A stretch of DNA of 64,000 nucleotides from the NCBI RefSeq assembly GCF_009914755.1, contig NC_060932.1; one strand, written 5' to 3'. The position numbers and the translations under genes were made by a program. The notes under the pieces are model-generated. The model had not been told where the DNA came from, made no database searches, and saw only the letters and a program-made list of their open reading frames with translations. Below, one piece after another: positions 1 through 20,826 of the stretch (its first letter is position 1; each line of letters opens with the position of its first letter). The DNA is from the human T2T-CHM13v2.0 reference genome, Homo sapiens.

Positions 1-189
1 TAGCCAGCAACACCCAACTCGGGCCTCACTCAGCCACATTGGTGTGCTGAGGTCAGTAATACATGGCTTTTTGGCAGATGATGTTTTGCTCCAGTTTTCT
101 TTCACTCCTTGGCTAAGGAACTTAATACTCAATTTCAACAGCCTGGGTCACTCACTGCCTTTGGAACATCTCCCGGACATCTCTCCCTT

Positions 190-405
190 CCCCTATACCA
201 AGTTGTCCCTTTAATATGTGCCCTGGGGCATCTAATACTTTCTATCTCAGCACTGATCACTCCAAACTGAAAGTACTATTTACTTGTCTGTGTCCCCCAC
301 AGGACTCTGAAGCTCCGTGAAGGCAAGAACTTTGTTTCCCTGTTGCCTAGCAAAATGCCTGGCATACAGCATTTACTAAACAAACATTTGCTGAACAGAT
401 GAATA
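190..405 (+). mobile_element. L2 3' end
   Basis: ctctgaagctccgtgaaggcaagaac..tgcctggcatacagc..catttgctgaacagatgaa. Confidence 0.65.
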
Positions 406-1377
406 TATAAAAAGAACATGGTCTGGTAGGAAACATCAGAATTTCACACTGGGAGAGTGCAGTGGGAGTCAGGAAGGTGAGGGGAAGCATGCAGACTGCA
501 GGAGGCGGGAGGGCATGGGCAGGGCAAGGCAGCATGCATATGCCAAATGAATGTACTTGGCCAGGATGGAGAGTGTACTTTGGGCCGGAGAAAGGAGTTG
601 AGTAAAGAGAGTGCAATTGGTAAAGGGCCAAAAAGGTCAGGATCATGCCCACTGACAGAGCAGGCAGTGAGGAGCCAACAGTCTGAAGCAGCAAATGACA
701 TTCTGGTAACAGCAATTACAGGAGATTTCACCAAAGGAGGTGGGTGAGAGCAAACAGACAGAGAACATTTTTAAGGCCCATATAGCAGTCCAGACAGGAG
801 AAACAAATTATAATGTCATGGCAGGTGAGGAGATGGAAGCAGCAGATCCACTTGACGGATCACCTGCACCCTGGAGAAAAGTTCTGCATGTACACATCTT
901 CTCCCCCTATTATAACATCTGTAAATTTCATGTTTCTCCTATAGCCTAGTTAACTCTGTTCCCCAAAGTAGGGGTTTAGGAAATATCACTAACTATGTGA
1001 GGTAATGAATGAACAACTAAACAAATGCACATAAATGGTATACGTTACTTCTGAGAGAAGGAAATATTCTGCAGAGAGAAGCTGTACAGCCAGATAAGAC
1101 AAACAAGATAGCAAGCGTGGAAAGAAACAGGTGGAGGGCCAGTAAATTGTCCAGTCTCCCCCTCCTTGCTTCATGGAACCAACCTCCAACTGATCCATGG
1201 ACTATTAGTAGCTCAGCCTACCTGCCACCCTAGCCCCCAAATATATTAGGTTTAACTTTTACTGTAGAGCTTCCAGATCAGAGCATAGTATTGCAGAAAC
1301 AGCAAAACATTTGGGGAAATTCAGGGGGAAGAAATCATTACAAAAAAACAAAACAAACCTACATAGCAACTGCCTTA

Positions 1378-1728
<351 letters not shown>

Positions 1729-1795
1729 CCTTGATACAAGAAATCCAAATTTAAGATATTTTCTTTAGATTTAAGAAACTACATTACTGCCAGTC

Positions 1796-2101
1796 TTTAT
1801 TTACTTATTTATTTATTTTTGAGACAGAATCTTGCCCTGTTGCTCAGACTGGAGTGCAATGGCGTGATCTCAGCTCACTGCAGCCTCAACCTCCTTGGGC
1901 TAAAGTAAGACTCCCACCTCAGCTTCCCAAGTAGCTGGGACCACAGGTGTGTGCCACCATGGCCAGCTAATTTTTGTATTTTTTGTAGAGATGGAGTTTT
2001 ACCATGTTGCCCAGCCTGGTCTCAAACTCCTGGGCTCAAGCAATCCTCCTGCCTCGACCTCCCAAAGTGCTGGGATTACAGGCGGGAGCCACCAGGCCCA
2101 A
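1796..2101 (-). mobile_element. Alu (J)
   Basis: (ttta)n tail then antisense dimer. Confidence 0.93.
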
Positions 2102-2378
2102 CCAGTGCCAGAGTCTTTAAGACCTCAAGAAAATGAGCCAATAGGAGCATTCCCCTGACCTTCAAAGGGAAAAGGATCATGAAGTACAGGTGCGGGAATT
2201 GTGCCAGCTCTAGGAGACATTCTCATAGGCCAATCACCGCCTTCCAATCCCATGGATAAGAAGGAATTCCCACAGTGAAGAATAAAACATCATAAGCTCA
2301 GGGAATGACTGGGTGGAAAATGCCAATTCATTTTCTTTTATTTCATTTCTTAAACAAATTATTTCCAAAATTCTAAGC

Positions 2379-2566
2379 CAGAGATTCTTAACCTGATAAA
2401 TAACAATGGGCTTCTGAGGACTCCATAAACTCAGGGTCCCCAGAAATAAAAAGCGAAGTCTGTGTCAATGTGCATAAATGTTTTATTACTTTTTTTGGAG
2501 TAGTTCTCTCAGATTCTTACTATCAGGCTTTTGGTTAATGACCCACAAAATGTTAAGAACCACTGC
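2379..2566. mobile_element. hAT-Charlie MITE (MER103/MER5-like)
   Basis: cagagattcttaac ... gttaagaaccactg inverted termini. Confidence 0.55.
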
Positions 2567-3024
2567 TCGAAGGCAGACATCCCCCTGTGGAATCCTTGCT
2601 TTCAAATAATCTCTCCTCTCCTTCTCCCTCATAGACCCAAGGAACCTTAGAAACCAGAGAACCACGTGTCTTAGCTTCAAGGCCAAAAGTTATATGGGAA
2701 GGAAACAGCCCATTTGACTGGCTGTGCTTGGTTTTCCAAATTCATTCCAGAACAGAGACCAAGGTGTTGGTGCTGGAGAGTCTTCAAGGCCTTCAGGTAA
2801 GAGCTAAAGGCGTAGGATGGATACTTTCCAGGTTTCTTTTGTGGTCAGAAAGATGAGAAAAGATCAAAACAATAAACAAACTAAACCTAAACACAAATGA
2901 AAACATACTGCCAAGAGTAACAACAAAATATTCTACCACGCCCTACAATTTTCCATACTTCAAATCTTAGCCTGGTAAGGACATCAGTGTCACATTCTAT
3001 TATAGATAAGTTTCTAAAACTAAC

Positions 3025-3335
3025 CAGGCCTAGCTCATGCCTGTAATCCCACCACTTTGGGAGGCTGAGATGGGTGAATCACTTGAGCCCAGGAGTTCAA
3101 GACCACCCTGGGCAACATGGTAAAACCCCGTTTCTACAAAAAAAAAAAAAAAAAAATTAGCCAGATGTGCTGGTGCACTGTAGTCCCAGCTATTTGGGAG
3201 GCTGAGGTGGGAGGATCATCTGAGCCCATAGAGTTTGAGGTTGCAGTGAGTCATGATCATGCCACTGCACTCCAACCTGGGCAACAGAGTGAGACTGTCT
3301 CAAAAATAAATAAATAAAGTAAGTAAATAATAAAA
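3025..3335 (+). mobile_element. Alu (J)
   Basis: Dimer with (taaa)n tail. Confidence 0.92.
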
Positions 3336-4106
3336 CCAAGCCCTAACGTCTAGGTATATGTAGCTTTTGCTATACTATGCTGGGGAATTTCACATCTCAA
3401 ACTCAAGTCTACCCCTGAAGTCAGACAGAGTAGCCAAGAAGCTATTGAAATAATATGACTATTAAGTTGACTTTTCAAACCAACATAATACAAAATGTAG
3501 TATTCAAATACAGGTTCGCAGGTCACAAGCAAATCCATTCATTTGATTAGCCAGGGCCAGAAAGGCTGCGGCTTCAATAATCAAAAGTGCTTGCTAGTTA
3601 TTGCCAATACGTTTATGGGATCTTTCCAACAGGTGCTGCTTGTTTTGTTCTATTAGTATTACCATTTTTAAACTGTGTCCTGGGCCCTTTTTCTGGGCAG
3701 ACTGTACAACTGTTTGAAATAAGTTTTTTTAAGGAAAAAAGTTTTAAGCCATTTAAATGTCCAACAGTGGAAGAGTTAAACATTTCATGGTATATCCACG
3801 CGACAGACCACCAAACAGATATCATATGTCATGTGGTAGAATCCATGATGACCTAAGTAAAGTTCACTATACAGTTCATCAGAAAGAGTAGAAAAGCAGG
3901 CTGCAAATAGCTCTTAATGTCAGGATTCATATAGTTTTTATCTTTTCTCTGAGATTTTTGTATTTTCCAAAATTATTACAATAAATACAAATTAAAATTT
4001 TCTAATCAGAAATAGAAGAAAATAATATTATTTCAAAATAAGATGTCTATTATAACTCCTGACAAGACCACACATGGGCATGAACTGCTGGCATGCTCCC
4101 AGAATC

Positions 4107-4420
4107 TATTTTTATTTTTATTTATTTATTTTGAGACAGGGTCTCACTTTGTTGCCCAGGCTGGAGCACACTGGTGCAGTCACAGCTCACTGCAGCCTCA
4201 ACCTCCCTAACTCAAGCGATCCTCCCACCTCAGCATCCTGAGTAGCTGGGACCACAGGTATGTGCCACCACGCCCAGCTTCTTTCTTGATTTTTTGTAGA
4301 GACGGGGTCCCACTATATTGTCCAAGCTGGTCTTGAACACTCCTGAGCTCAAGCAATCCTCCCACCTTGGCCTCCCAAGGTGTTGGGATTACAGGCATGA
4401 GCCAATATGCTCTGCCACAC
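4107..4420 (-). mobile_element. Alu (J)
   Basis: Antisense dimer, TSD ctcccagaatcta. Confidence 0.92.
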
Positions 4421-4949
4421 TCCCAGAATCTAAACTTAGAGGACAGAGACGCTCAGAAGCAAGGGCAGCTGACAAATTTGAGAAACTAAATCAAAACTGG
4501 GATAAATTCCTGGGGAAACTAGGGGTCTTGCAATGAGGACAAAATGGCAGGCAATCGCCTCTACTGCGGGTGGAGGAGAGGCTGGGTAAAAACCCTTTGT
4601 CCTTTTTTCTTTCCTCCGTATTACAGTTGGCAGATTGTGGAAGGTTCAATACCCCCCGCCCCCCTGCATGAGGAAGGAAATGCCAGAACAGTGGGATGAA
4701 GGTTCACAGAACACCAAGCCACTCCTTGCTTGTTCCCTCACACCACAAGGGCAAAGTGGTGACAAGTCAGGGAGACACTCAGGAGAAACAATGCCTGAAG
4801 CAGTGGTATGAGAGGAGGGTCCCTGAGGGTCAAGCAAGAAGAGCTCACAGGGAATCAAACAAGAACACCAAGGAAGGCAGCATCTACTAAACATGGTGAG
4901 CTAAAATCTATCCCCACAGGGAGAATTAGTGAACCAGAGAGTAGGAATA

Positions 4950-7900
4950 TATGTATTAAAATGTCCCAAAAATACACAGAGGGCAATTAAAATGAGCAGG
5001 TATAAAGAGAAACACCTAGAAATACTGTGAACAAAAGTATAGTTGTGGAAATGAAGAGTTCAATAGATAGGCTGAGGAGCAGCATGAATACGGCTGAGAA
5101 TGAATTCAGGGGCTGGAAGATTTTTTCCAGGAGGCTTCATGAAGTAGGTGGGAAATACACAAGAAAAAAGACATGCAATACACAGAAGTGTCAGTATCTA
5201 TAATACTAGAAATTCCTTAAAAGGAAAAGAAAATCAACCAGGAGTAAGTAATTTAAAATATGACTAAGAATTTATTTAAGTTAAAGGAAATTGGAAGATC
5301 TCACAGATACTACATTCACAGGAAAAACACACATTGAAGAGAAATAATTTTAAAACTTACAAATATTAAAGTGAAAATTCTAAAAGCAGATCCCATATAA
5401 TGGAACGCAAATCTAAATGGCTTCAGGGTTCTTAATGACAACAAGCGATACAAGTGGAAAATGAAGTCATATTTCCAAAGCTTTATCCTATCGAAGTTTT
5501 TTGCCTTTGATTTTTAATCCATCCAAGCTATCATTTAAATGTGAGAAAAAAATTAAAGACATTCTTAATAATTCAAGGCCTCACAGGCTTACCACTTCAA
5601 GACCCTCTAGATTCCCATTCCTCAAGCATTCCTGGAAGAAGAAAAGTCAATCTAGCAGGATGTTATGAGATCCTGTTTATGGAAAGTAAGGTTGAAAAAC
5701 TTACAATATATCTCAATGAAGATCACTGTTGTTGCAGTAAGGAATATATTCACCACCGTATTATGTATGTTCTAAACGACCCAGAACTAAAATTCTAGAT
5801 GGTTTCACCATGGTCATCATAGGGTATGATGTGCAAAGGAAGAGATGAGGGGAGATAGGGGAGATGAGGACAGTGTGGCTTTGGGAGGAAAGATACAGAT
5901 ACTGATAAGTAAGATAGTCACAGAAAAAATAAACTAAGAAATAACTCAGAAGAATAAAAATAAAATGTGCATTTTCACATATACAGAAGGAAATTTACAC
6001 TTCTAAAGGAAGGCAAGAAAGGACTAGGAAAAGAATGAACTAAAAACATGAAAGAAGATGGTAAAACTACAATAGTCATCACAAGAAACACAAACAGGCT
6101 CACCAACCAAGAGACACTAGATTAAAAAAAAAATCCCGGCCAAGCACGGTGGCTCATGCCTGTAATCCCAGCACTTTGGGAGGCCAAAGGTGGACCGATC
6201 GCTTGAGGCCAGGAGTTTGAGACCAGCCTGGGCAATATAGGAAGATCCTGTCTCTACAAAAAAAACAAAAATTAGCCAAGGCACGGTGACATGTGCCTGT
6301 AGTCCCAGCTACTTGGGAGGCTGAGGTGGGAGGACTGCTTGAACTGCGGAGGCAGAGGCTGCAGTGAGTTGAGATTGCACCATTGTGCTCTAGCCTGAGC
6401 GACAGAGCAAGACCTTGTCTCAAAAAAACAAAACAAAACAAAAAAAACCAGGCACATATGAAATGGGAAAAAGCCTCTTAGCTTTTAATGCAGTTTTTAT
6501 AGAGAAAAAAAGAAAGCATCGAAGCATCCTGATAAAAAGAATAACTGATTGATAAAACACAATGATCATGAATATATGGACTCCTGAGTATACAGCTTAG
6601 AAATATTAAAAAAGTAAAAATTGGCAAACTACAGTGAGAAACAGATAAATCAACAACTAACACACCCTTTTCAGAAATCAGTAGCTAAGCAAAGATATAA
6701 GACTTGAATAATGCAAAAAACTCAAATACATATAGAAATATTTTACCCAACAGTGAATACACATTCTTTTCCAAGACACGTAGAACATTTACAAAAATAG
6801 ATTGTGCTTCAAAGGAAGACTAATCAAATTTCAGTCCATCAGGATATGTTTATTATAATGCAAAAGATTAGAATCCTGAAACATATGCTTAAAAACATTT
6901 CCTCTAATCCTACGTCTAATCAGACTGGATGGACTAGAAACAAACAATTATACTGTAAAATAACCTTTGGTTATTTAAATCATGAACATTATAGAGAAAA
7001 TTATGACATACTTAGAGATGAATGACAAAGCACTGAGTATCAAAAATGTAACAGAGTAAAATTATACTAAGAAACCGGTTGCTTTAAATACATTTATCGA
7101 AAAGCAAACACTGAAACACACTTAGCAAGTATTAAACAGAGTAAATCCAAAGTAAAGAAGGAAGGAAGGAGATAAAGGGCAGAACAAAGGATGAAAATAC
7201 AACCAAAACGATTAAAAGCAAAAACTTATTTTTTGAATAAAATCAATAATACAGACAAACTTCTAGCAAGTCTGATCAAGATGATGATGAAAATAAAATT
7301 TAGAATGAAAACAGACTTACACAAAAAAGGTTAAACAAATAAAAGAGGATTATAAATAGCTCTATGCCTATGATTTTGAAAACCTAAGCAAAAAGGACAA
7401 ATCTCTGCCAAAATTCTGGCACAATTTTGGCCCAGAAAATATAGTTCAATAATGGTAATCCAGGTCCAGACAGTTTTATGGAACATTTGACCAAACTTTC
7501 AGGAAAAGATAATCCCTATCTCATATACTTTTTTCTGACATTAGAAAAAGAGGGAAAGGCTCCCAAATCACCTTATGAGACTAATACACCTTGGCTTCCA
7601 ACAAACAAAGGTAGTACAAGAAAATAATGTATGGGCCCATTTTTCACCTATGACTATAGATTATAAACTTCAATAAAATATTCACCAACTCATTCCTGGA
7701 GAGTATTTTAAAAAGAATAGATTGTAATCAAGCAAGATTTATCCCAGGAATATTGGATGGTTAAATGTGAGAAAAGCTAACACTGCAGTTCACTACATTA
7801 ATGGTCTCAAAGGAGAGAAATCAAAGTTGATCTCACATGCTCAAAAGCATTTGATAAGGTATAACACTTATATCTGACTTTTAAAAAATCAGAAAGTTGG

Positions 7901-8200
7901 GGATAAAGGAGACACTCCTTAACTTGACAAATAAACATGGTGCAGTAAGCGTGATGTTTAACGAAGAAACTACAAAAGCTTTCCTTTTACAGCCTTATAC
8001 AAGACAAGGATGTCCACTATCATCATTGCTGTGCAACGTAGTATTATAGGGCTCAGTCACAAGATAAGAAAAATAAAAGATACAAAGGTTAGAAGAGAGG
8101 TGAGAAAACTGTTACTTCTTTGCAAGATAATATCAATAGATTATTAGAATTAAGAGAATTCAGCATGGTTGCTAAATATCAAGTCAATTAAAAAATTAAT
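4950..8200 (+). mobile_element. Ancient L1M (ORF1 to ORF2-RT) remnant interrupted by an Alu
   Basis: A-rich degenerate L1 motifs: ccaggtccagacagtttta, tttatcccaggaat, aaagcatttgataa, aagacaaggatgtccact. Confidence 0.7.
6138..6448 (+). mobile_element. Alu (J)
   Basis: Dimer with A-tail. Confidence 0.93.
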
Positions 8201-8384
8201 ACTGAGACCTCATGCTCAGTAAAGGCTAGTTCTCTTCCTTCTCCCTTTGGGAGGTTGCACTCTTTGGCCTCAATTTTCCTTTAACTCTCCATCCATTCTT
8301 ACACAAGACTATTTTTCTTTCTTCCACTGTCTGTTGGTAAAAGTTCCCTATGGATCAGTCTTTGGCCCTCAGCCCTTTATTTAG

Positions 8385-8671
<287 letters not shown>

Positions 8672-8854
8672 TTAGATTTTTAAAACGTGACAACTCTCCA
8701 GTTTGTCTCCAGACTTGCCTCCACATCCCAGTTCCAGCCCCATATTTACATCTGTCTAATGTTCTCTCAAATTCACATTCATGAAACCTACTACCCTCTT
8801 CTGCAACAAATGTCCCTCTGCCAACTCTTCCTTGTTAACTGGAATGGCCATTAA

Positions 8855-9575
<721 letters not shown>

Positions 9576-10109
9576 CATTAGTCTATCAAGTTTTTCAAAC
9601 CAAAACTTTTCTCATCCCTGCCAATTCAATACACAATCCAATTACGTGGGTAGAGAAAAATCTAATTTTTTTCTTTTTTACATATAACACAGGTTGCCAG
9701 CTAAAAATTAAAATTAATTACTTAGGTATGTTGCTCATTACTTTCAAGACATTATTTTCCCTTTAAATTTATGGACCTTGTAAGAATAATTTACTGGAAA
9801 TTACATCAATAGTACTGTAAAGGCTTTGAACTAAGCAGGACAAATCGCGAGAGTTGGCAACCAAGTCATCTTTCTGTCTTTTATGGAAGAACATATCAGG
9901 AACGATAGAAGCTGCCAATAAAAAATTTTGATTCAATGAAGCAGATGATGGTGACATTGATGGGCTTTTGATTTCAATAACCAGGAAGGGCCCAGAATTC
10001 CGCCAGATGCAGGAAAAAATAGCAACGTCCCCTCTAGATCTTGAGATGAAACTTGGCTATAAAAGAAGGTATAAAGAAATAATACAGAATGGCAGCTCAG
10101 ACATCCTAT

Positions 10110-10260
10110 TGTTCAACACTAGAGCACAGCATGGTTCTCCCTGTATTAAAATGGGGTCTGTTAATTATTGACTTAGCCATTCCATAATGCATGCACATAT
10201 CAAGACATCATGCATACCATAAATATATACAATTTTTATTTGTAATTAAAAAATGAATAA
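10110..10260 (+). mobile_element. L1MA 3' end fragment
   Basis: ttgacttagccattccataatg..catcatgcataccataaatatatacaatttttatttgt plus A-tail. Confidence 0.65.
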
Positions 10261-10261
10261 T

Positions 10262-10665
10262 TTCTTTCTTTCTTTACTGATAGTGCTCTAACATGGTGAA
10301 TGTTCTTCAAACCCACTGGACTTTGTGTAAGAAGCATGGTTGGCACCAACCCCACAGAGTGACATGGTACAAGAAGGGAAAAGATGATCTGTATGCCAAG
10401 GGAAAGTGGCTTAATGGCAGGAAGGGGTGGCTATGTAGGCAGACCAAGCCAATCTTCTGGAAAAAGGCTAAAACTACAAACGAGATTGTGCTAAAGCTTA
10501 AGTGTTGGGCCCAACTGCAGATCTAGGAGAATGCTGGCTACTAAGAGATACAAGTATTTTTAACTGGGAAGGGATAAAAGGAGAAAAGGCCAAGTGATCC
10601 AGTTCTTAGCTTCATTTTTGGTTTTATTATGAAGACAATAAAAATTTGAGGTTATGTTAAAAAAT
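10262..10665 (+). pseudogene. RPL36AP: RPL36A (eL42) processed pseudogene, antisense to INTS9
   Basis: ATG at 10293 gives MVNV..CKK.G.HQPHRVT.YKKGKD..QTKPIF.KKAKTT; intronless and frameshifted; pyrimidine-rich 5' end, 3' end ...GQVIQF, AATAAA at 10637-10642 and A-rich tail. Confidence 0.93.
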
Positions 10666-10670
10666 AAATA

Positions 10671-10811
10671 GGCCAGGTGTGGTGGCTATAGTCCTAGCTA
10701 CTTGGGAGGATTGCTTGAGCCCAGGAGTTTGAGATTACAGTGAGCTATGACTACACCACTGTACTCCAGTCCGGGTGACAGAACAAGACCTTCTCTCTCT
10801 CTCTCTCTCTC
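10671..10811 (+). mobile_element. Alu monomer (FRAM/FAM-like) ending in (TC)n
   Basis: ggccaggtgtggtgg..gcttgagcccaggag..gggtgacaga. Confidence 0.8.
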
Positions 10812-11049
10812 CGTAAATAGATGTAGATAAACAAATGTAATATGGACTTCCACAAGTTACCTAATGTATCTATATACCCATTCAACAGCTAACTAATGTC
10901 CCCCCACTCCCTATTACAAACATAGAAATAACCAACATTCAGGAAATGAACAGTAAATTATTTACAAATACCAAAAAGGAGTAAGTATCACATTCATAAC
11001 AATGTTTATATGTGCTAGGCTTCTTGCCAAATATGACTGGAATGAATAA

Positions 11050-12250
<1,201 letters not shown>

Positions 12251-12517
12251 TAACCATCTGTGTCCCACATCAGGCTATGGTCTTTGGAAGGCCTGGGGGA
12301 TTTCAGAATCCTAGGAGTGACCCTCAAGGTAGCAGGACTATTTCAGAGAAACCTGTAGGTCAAAATGTTGAGACTCAAATAGTCTACCTTGGCTAGAGAG
12401 TATCTGTAGAAAACCATATTTGGAAGATTTAAAAATGGCTGATGGTTCCTTGGATACATTCTGAATTTGACTTAAGTAACCAAAAAGCTGAGTTGCTAGA
12501 AGAGAATTTGGAATTAC

Positions 12518-12652
12518 CTGGGGGTGTGTGGTAAGCAAGGAGGATCCAGAGACATAAGACACTTTCTCGTAATGAGACTGGATGATCCAGTTGGAGCTCC
12601 CAAGGGCATAGCCAGAGCTCAGAGGAGTCACCTGGACCGCACCAAAAAGCTC
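12518..12652 (-). CDS. INTS9: INTS9 exon 8 (135 bp)
   Basis: tcttttag / CAG|gtaatt; encodes [45 protein letters not shown] (partly visible in ORF 12338..12631). Confidence 0.97.
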
Positions 12653-12778
12653 CTAAAAGAGAACCACAGTAAGAATGTGCAATGAGCTTACAGTGACAGT
12701 CACATGAGGTAATTCTGCAGGGAAAAACAACAGAAATATCCTCAGTTTAAAAACAAAAATTATTTTAAAGTAAACCAG

Positions 12779-13058
12779 AGACTGGGTGCAATGGCTCACG
12801 CCTGTAATCCCAGCACTTTGGGAGGCTGAGGCCAGGAGTTCAAGACCAGCCTGGGCAACATGGTGAAACCCTGTCTCTACAAAAAAATACAAAAATTAGC
12901 TGGGCATGGTGGCACATGCCTGTAGTCCTCAAGCAGCTACTTGGGGCAGGAGGATCACTGGAGCCCGGGAAGTTGAGGCTGCAGTGAGCCATGTTTGTAC
13001 CACTGCGCTCCAGCCTGGGTAACAAAGTGGGACCTTGTCTCAGTCAATCAATCAATAA
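12779..13058 (+). mobile_element. Alu (J) in intron 7
   Basis: Dimer with a small left-arm deletion; TSD aaagtaaac(c/t)ag. Confidence 0.92.
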
Positions 13059-13682
13059 AGTAAACTAGAAAGTTTTAAGGAAAACAGAAAGATGATGCAG
13101 ATCAACTGGCAGACAAAGAAAGCAATCCTATAATATTTACTTGTCACCTGAGAGCTTCAGCTCTCTTCCATGTCCCCAGGCACTCAAGGTTCACACATTA
13201 AAAGGGAGAGATGAAATATTACCAAACAGACCAAAGACTCACACACTTTGGCTTTCCTTTTTCATTTTCAGTTAGGTGTTAGGCCCTTGTTGTTCGGTAC
13301 TGAGTAGCTCTGGGCACAGGATGACAGTAAGAAATGGGAAGGCTTATCATTTAGGTCAGAGCTCAAAAGTCACACTTGACAAACTCTTCTCTCTTCCCGT
13401 TTCACCCATCCAAAATCTATAAAATCTAATGTGAACAGGATGAGACGCCTTTCTCCGGACTCCCTGCACGCTGGCCAATCGAATGCTGGCTGGTGATGGA
13501 GATGTGAGGGTGGGGAAAGAGCACCAATAAAATCCTGCGCGGAACGGAGGAAAGAACAGAGGCTCTGGATCCTCAGCAATGGAATGGCTTTAAAAACGTA
13601 ACTATAGGATTCTTCCAAACAACAAACAACAATATGAATGGAAAGCATTCATGAATAACTGAAATGTAATATGAATACTCAC

Positions 13683-13803
13683 AATTTTCTGAGAATATCC
13701 CACCAGCTGGATTTTACTAAGGGCAGAGTTCACCTCTTGCATTGTATAGCATCTTCTCCAGGTTGAGACTTCCACTGCATCCTTGAGAGGAGAAGGTAAC
13801 AGC
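13683..13803 (-). CDS. INTS9: INTS9 exon 7 (121 bp)
   Basis: tttgcag / ATT|gtgagt; encodes (R)[40 protein letters not shown]. Confidence 0.96.
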
Positions 13804-13916
13804 CTGCAAATGGATCACAATGTCAACTACCAGGTGAACATTTCTTCATGTTCTACAGCATTCCTTTCTAGTAATTTGTCCATTTGATCCAAATGGTTTA
13901 ATTTACTGGCATATAA

Positions 13917-14249
<333 letters not shown>

Positions 14250-14473
14250 ATTTCTTTTTTTAAAAAAAAAAAAAAAATAGAGACATGGTCTTGCTATGTC
14301 GCCCAAAATGTGTCAACAGAAAAACGTTTTATCATTTGCTCCAAAAGAATCAGGAGACCTGAAGAGTAACTTCCCTGACATTCACTGTACAATACAGGTC
14401 CAAGTACTGGGGTGAAATGAATGCATGCCATTAGCCTCTCCTCTCTCTCCTGAAACAACACTGAACAGGGCTT

Positions 14474-14475
<2 letters not shown>

Positions 14476-14523
<48 letters not shown>

Positions 14524-14534
14524 CACACACACAC
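14476..14534. repeat. (CA)n microsatellite
   Basis: More than 20 perfect CA units, then an interrupted extension. Confidence 0.95.
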
Positions 14535-14559
14535 CCTTAAGACAAAGAGAATGAGAGAA

Positions 14560-16317
14560 GAGACAATAGCAAGGCATTTTAGAAAGTAGACAGACAAATG
14601 ATAACTGACTTCATAGGCCCAGGAAAGTTCAATGCAAACGTTTAATTTCTACTGCAGAACCCACAAAAAATATGGCAACTGAAAACAACAGGTGTATCAG
14701 GAAGTTGAATCAACCTAAAAACAAGAGGAACTGTTGAAAAAAGAGACGAGATACTTAGAACCTTCCAGATCTCCTCATTCCTTCCATATAGCTCAGCAGA
14801 TGTCCCTTCTCCTCTCAGGTATGCTACCAGAGGTTGTTCTCTGGAGGGAGTAAAAATGAAAGTCTGGACTACGGGAAACCATCAACTGAGACAGCCTTCC
14901 TAAACAAAAATTTACAGAGGAACAATGTTCCTCTCCTCATTTGGCTGCCAAAGCACTATGAGTAAGCTTATTCCCCTCAGGGTAGGGGGCTGAAAGAATC
15001 TTCTCTGAAGAATCCGATCAGCCTCAAAGAAAAAAAATTAATGAAAAGATTCTAACGCAGAGGATTCCACAAAGAAACAGCTCAATCAGATTACTTTATG
15101 GTAAAGTGTGGAAGTGAACAAGCCCTACCCATGGCACATAGACTTTCTAATTAGTTTTTTTAATCGTTCAACTCTTAAACATGAGCCAATAGCCAAGGAC
15201 TACCATAAATTTGAGAAAAGTCTCTAAAATAATAAAGGCCTCAAGTGGGGGCAGAGGAGCAGGCAGGGAAATTAGAAGAAATAAATTAGGCAGGTAGAAG
15301 AAAACTTTAAGAACAGCTTGTCCTTACTATCGTTAGAAAAATAAGATAGTATAGCTAAGAAATGAGAAGAGATTGCTACAAAATAAAAGATTAAGAGAAT
15401 AAAAAGAGCTGTTACAAATTAGAAATACAATGTCATATAGAGAGTGAAAGCATGCCAACAATACACCAGAATTTCAAATAAGCTAAAAAGATTTAAAAGT
15501 TATACAAACATGAAAGAGGTACATACATGAAAAACCAGCAAAGCTTATAAATGAGGTGACAAAACTCAATAAAGAATTAGAAATAAAAGAAAACATCATT
15601 TTGGAAATGAAGACTAAACTACATGTTGACCATCCCAAATCTGAAAACCTGAAGTCAGAAATGGTCTAAAATCTGCAGCTTTTTGAGGCAAACATGACGC
15701 TTAAAGGAAATGCTCACTGGATTACTTTGGATTTTGGATTTGGGATGCTCAATCAGCAATATTCCAAAATCGGAAAAAGTCTGAAGTCTGAAACACTTTG
15801 GTCCCAAGTATTTCACATAAGGGACACTCAACCTGTAATAGAAACACAAGAGTAGATTAATAAAAAATACCAAAAAGAAATGAAGAGATTTAAACAATTC
15901 AAAAGAACCTAACAAATGTTGAAGACAGATAAGCAAGATGCCACATAAGGGAATCTTATGTGGCATCACAGAAAACCAAGTGAGAATAATAATTAACACT
16001 CATAATATTCAATTACTAAATACTATAATTGCTAAAATGAAGAGACACGAAACTACACACTAAAAGAACACAGTGTACACTTGAGAATACTGACCCAGAA
16101 CAATGAACAACAGACATATTCTGGAAAATATTTAGACTACAAGCAAACCTTTGGGATCTAGGAAAAGAACAAGTGACTTACAAGGAAAGAAAATTAGATT
16201 TTATCAGTGTTTTTAATAGCAATGTTTAATATTAGAAAAAAATATGAGAACATATTTAAGATACTCAAAGAAAGAAAATGCATGCCAAGGACTATATATC
16301 TAGCAAAACTGACTTTC
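14560..16317 (+). mobile_element. Ancient L1M 5'/ORF1 remnant (host of the young L1; continues at 20842-21360)
   Basis: ORF1-like tctagcaaaactgactttc|aagg is continuous across the L1PA insertion. Confidence 0.6.
15622..15835. mobile_element. Tigger4a/MER46-type MITE
   Basis: ta|catgttgaccatccc ... gggacactcaacctg|ta TIRs with TA TSD. Confidence 0.8.

Positions 16318-20826
<4,509 letters not shown>

Noticed and set aside
2751-2802. Plus-strand AG...CAG|gtaaga mini-exon of an antisense RNA
   Set aside because: Such motifs arise by chance in 64 kb; no other support in the sequence
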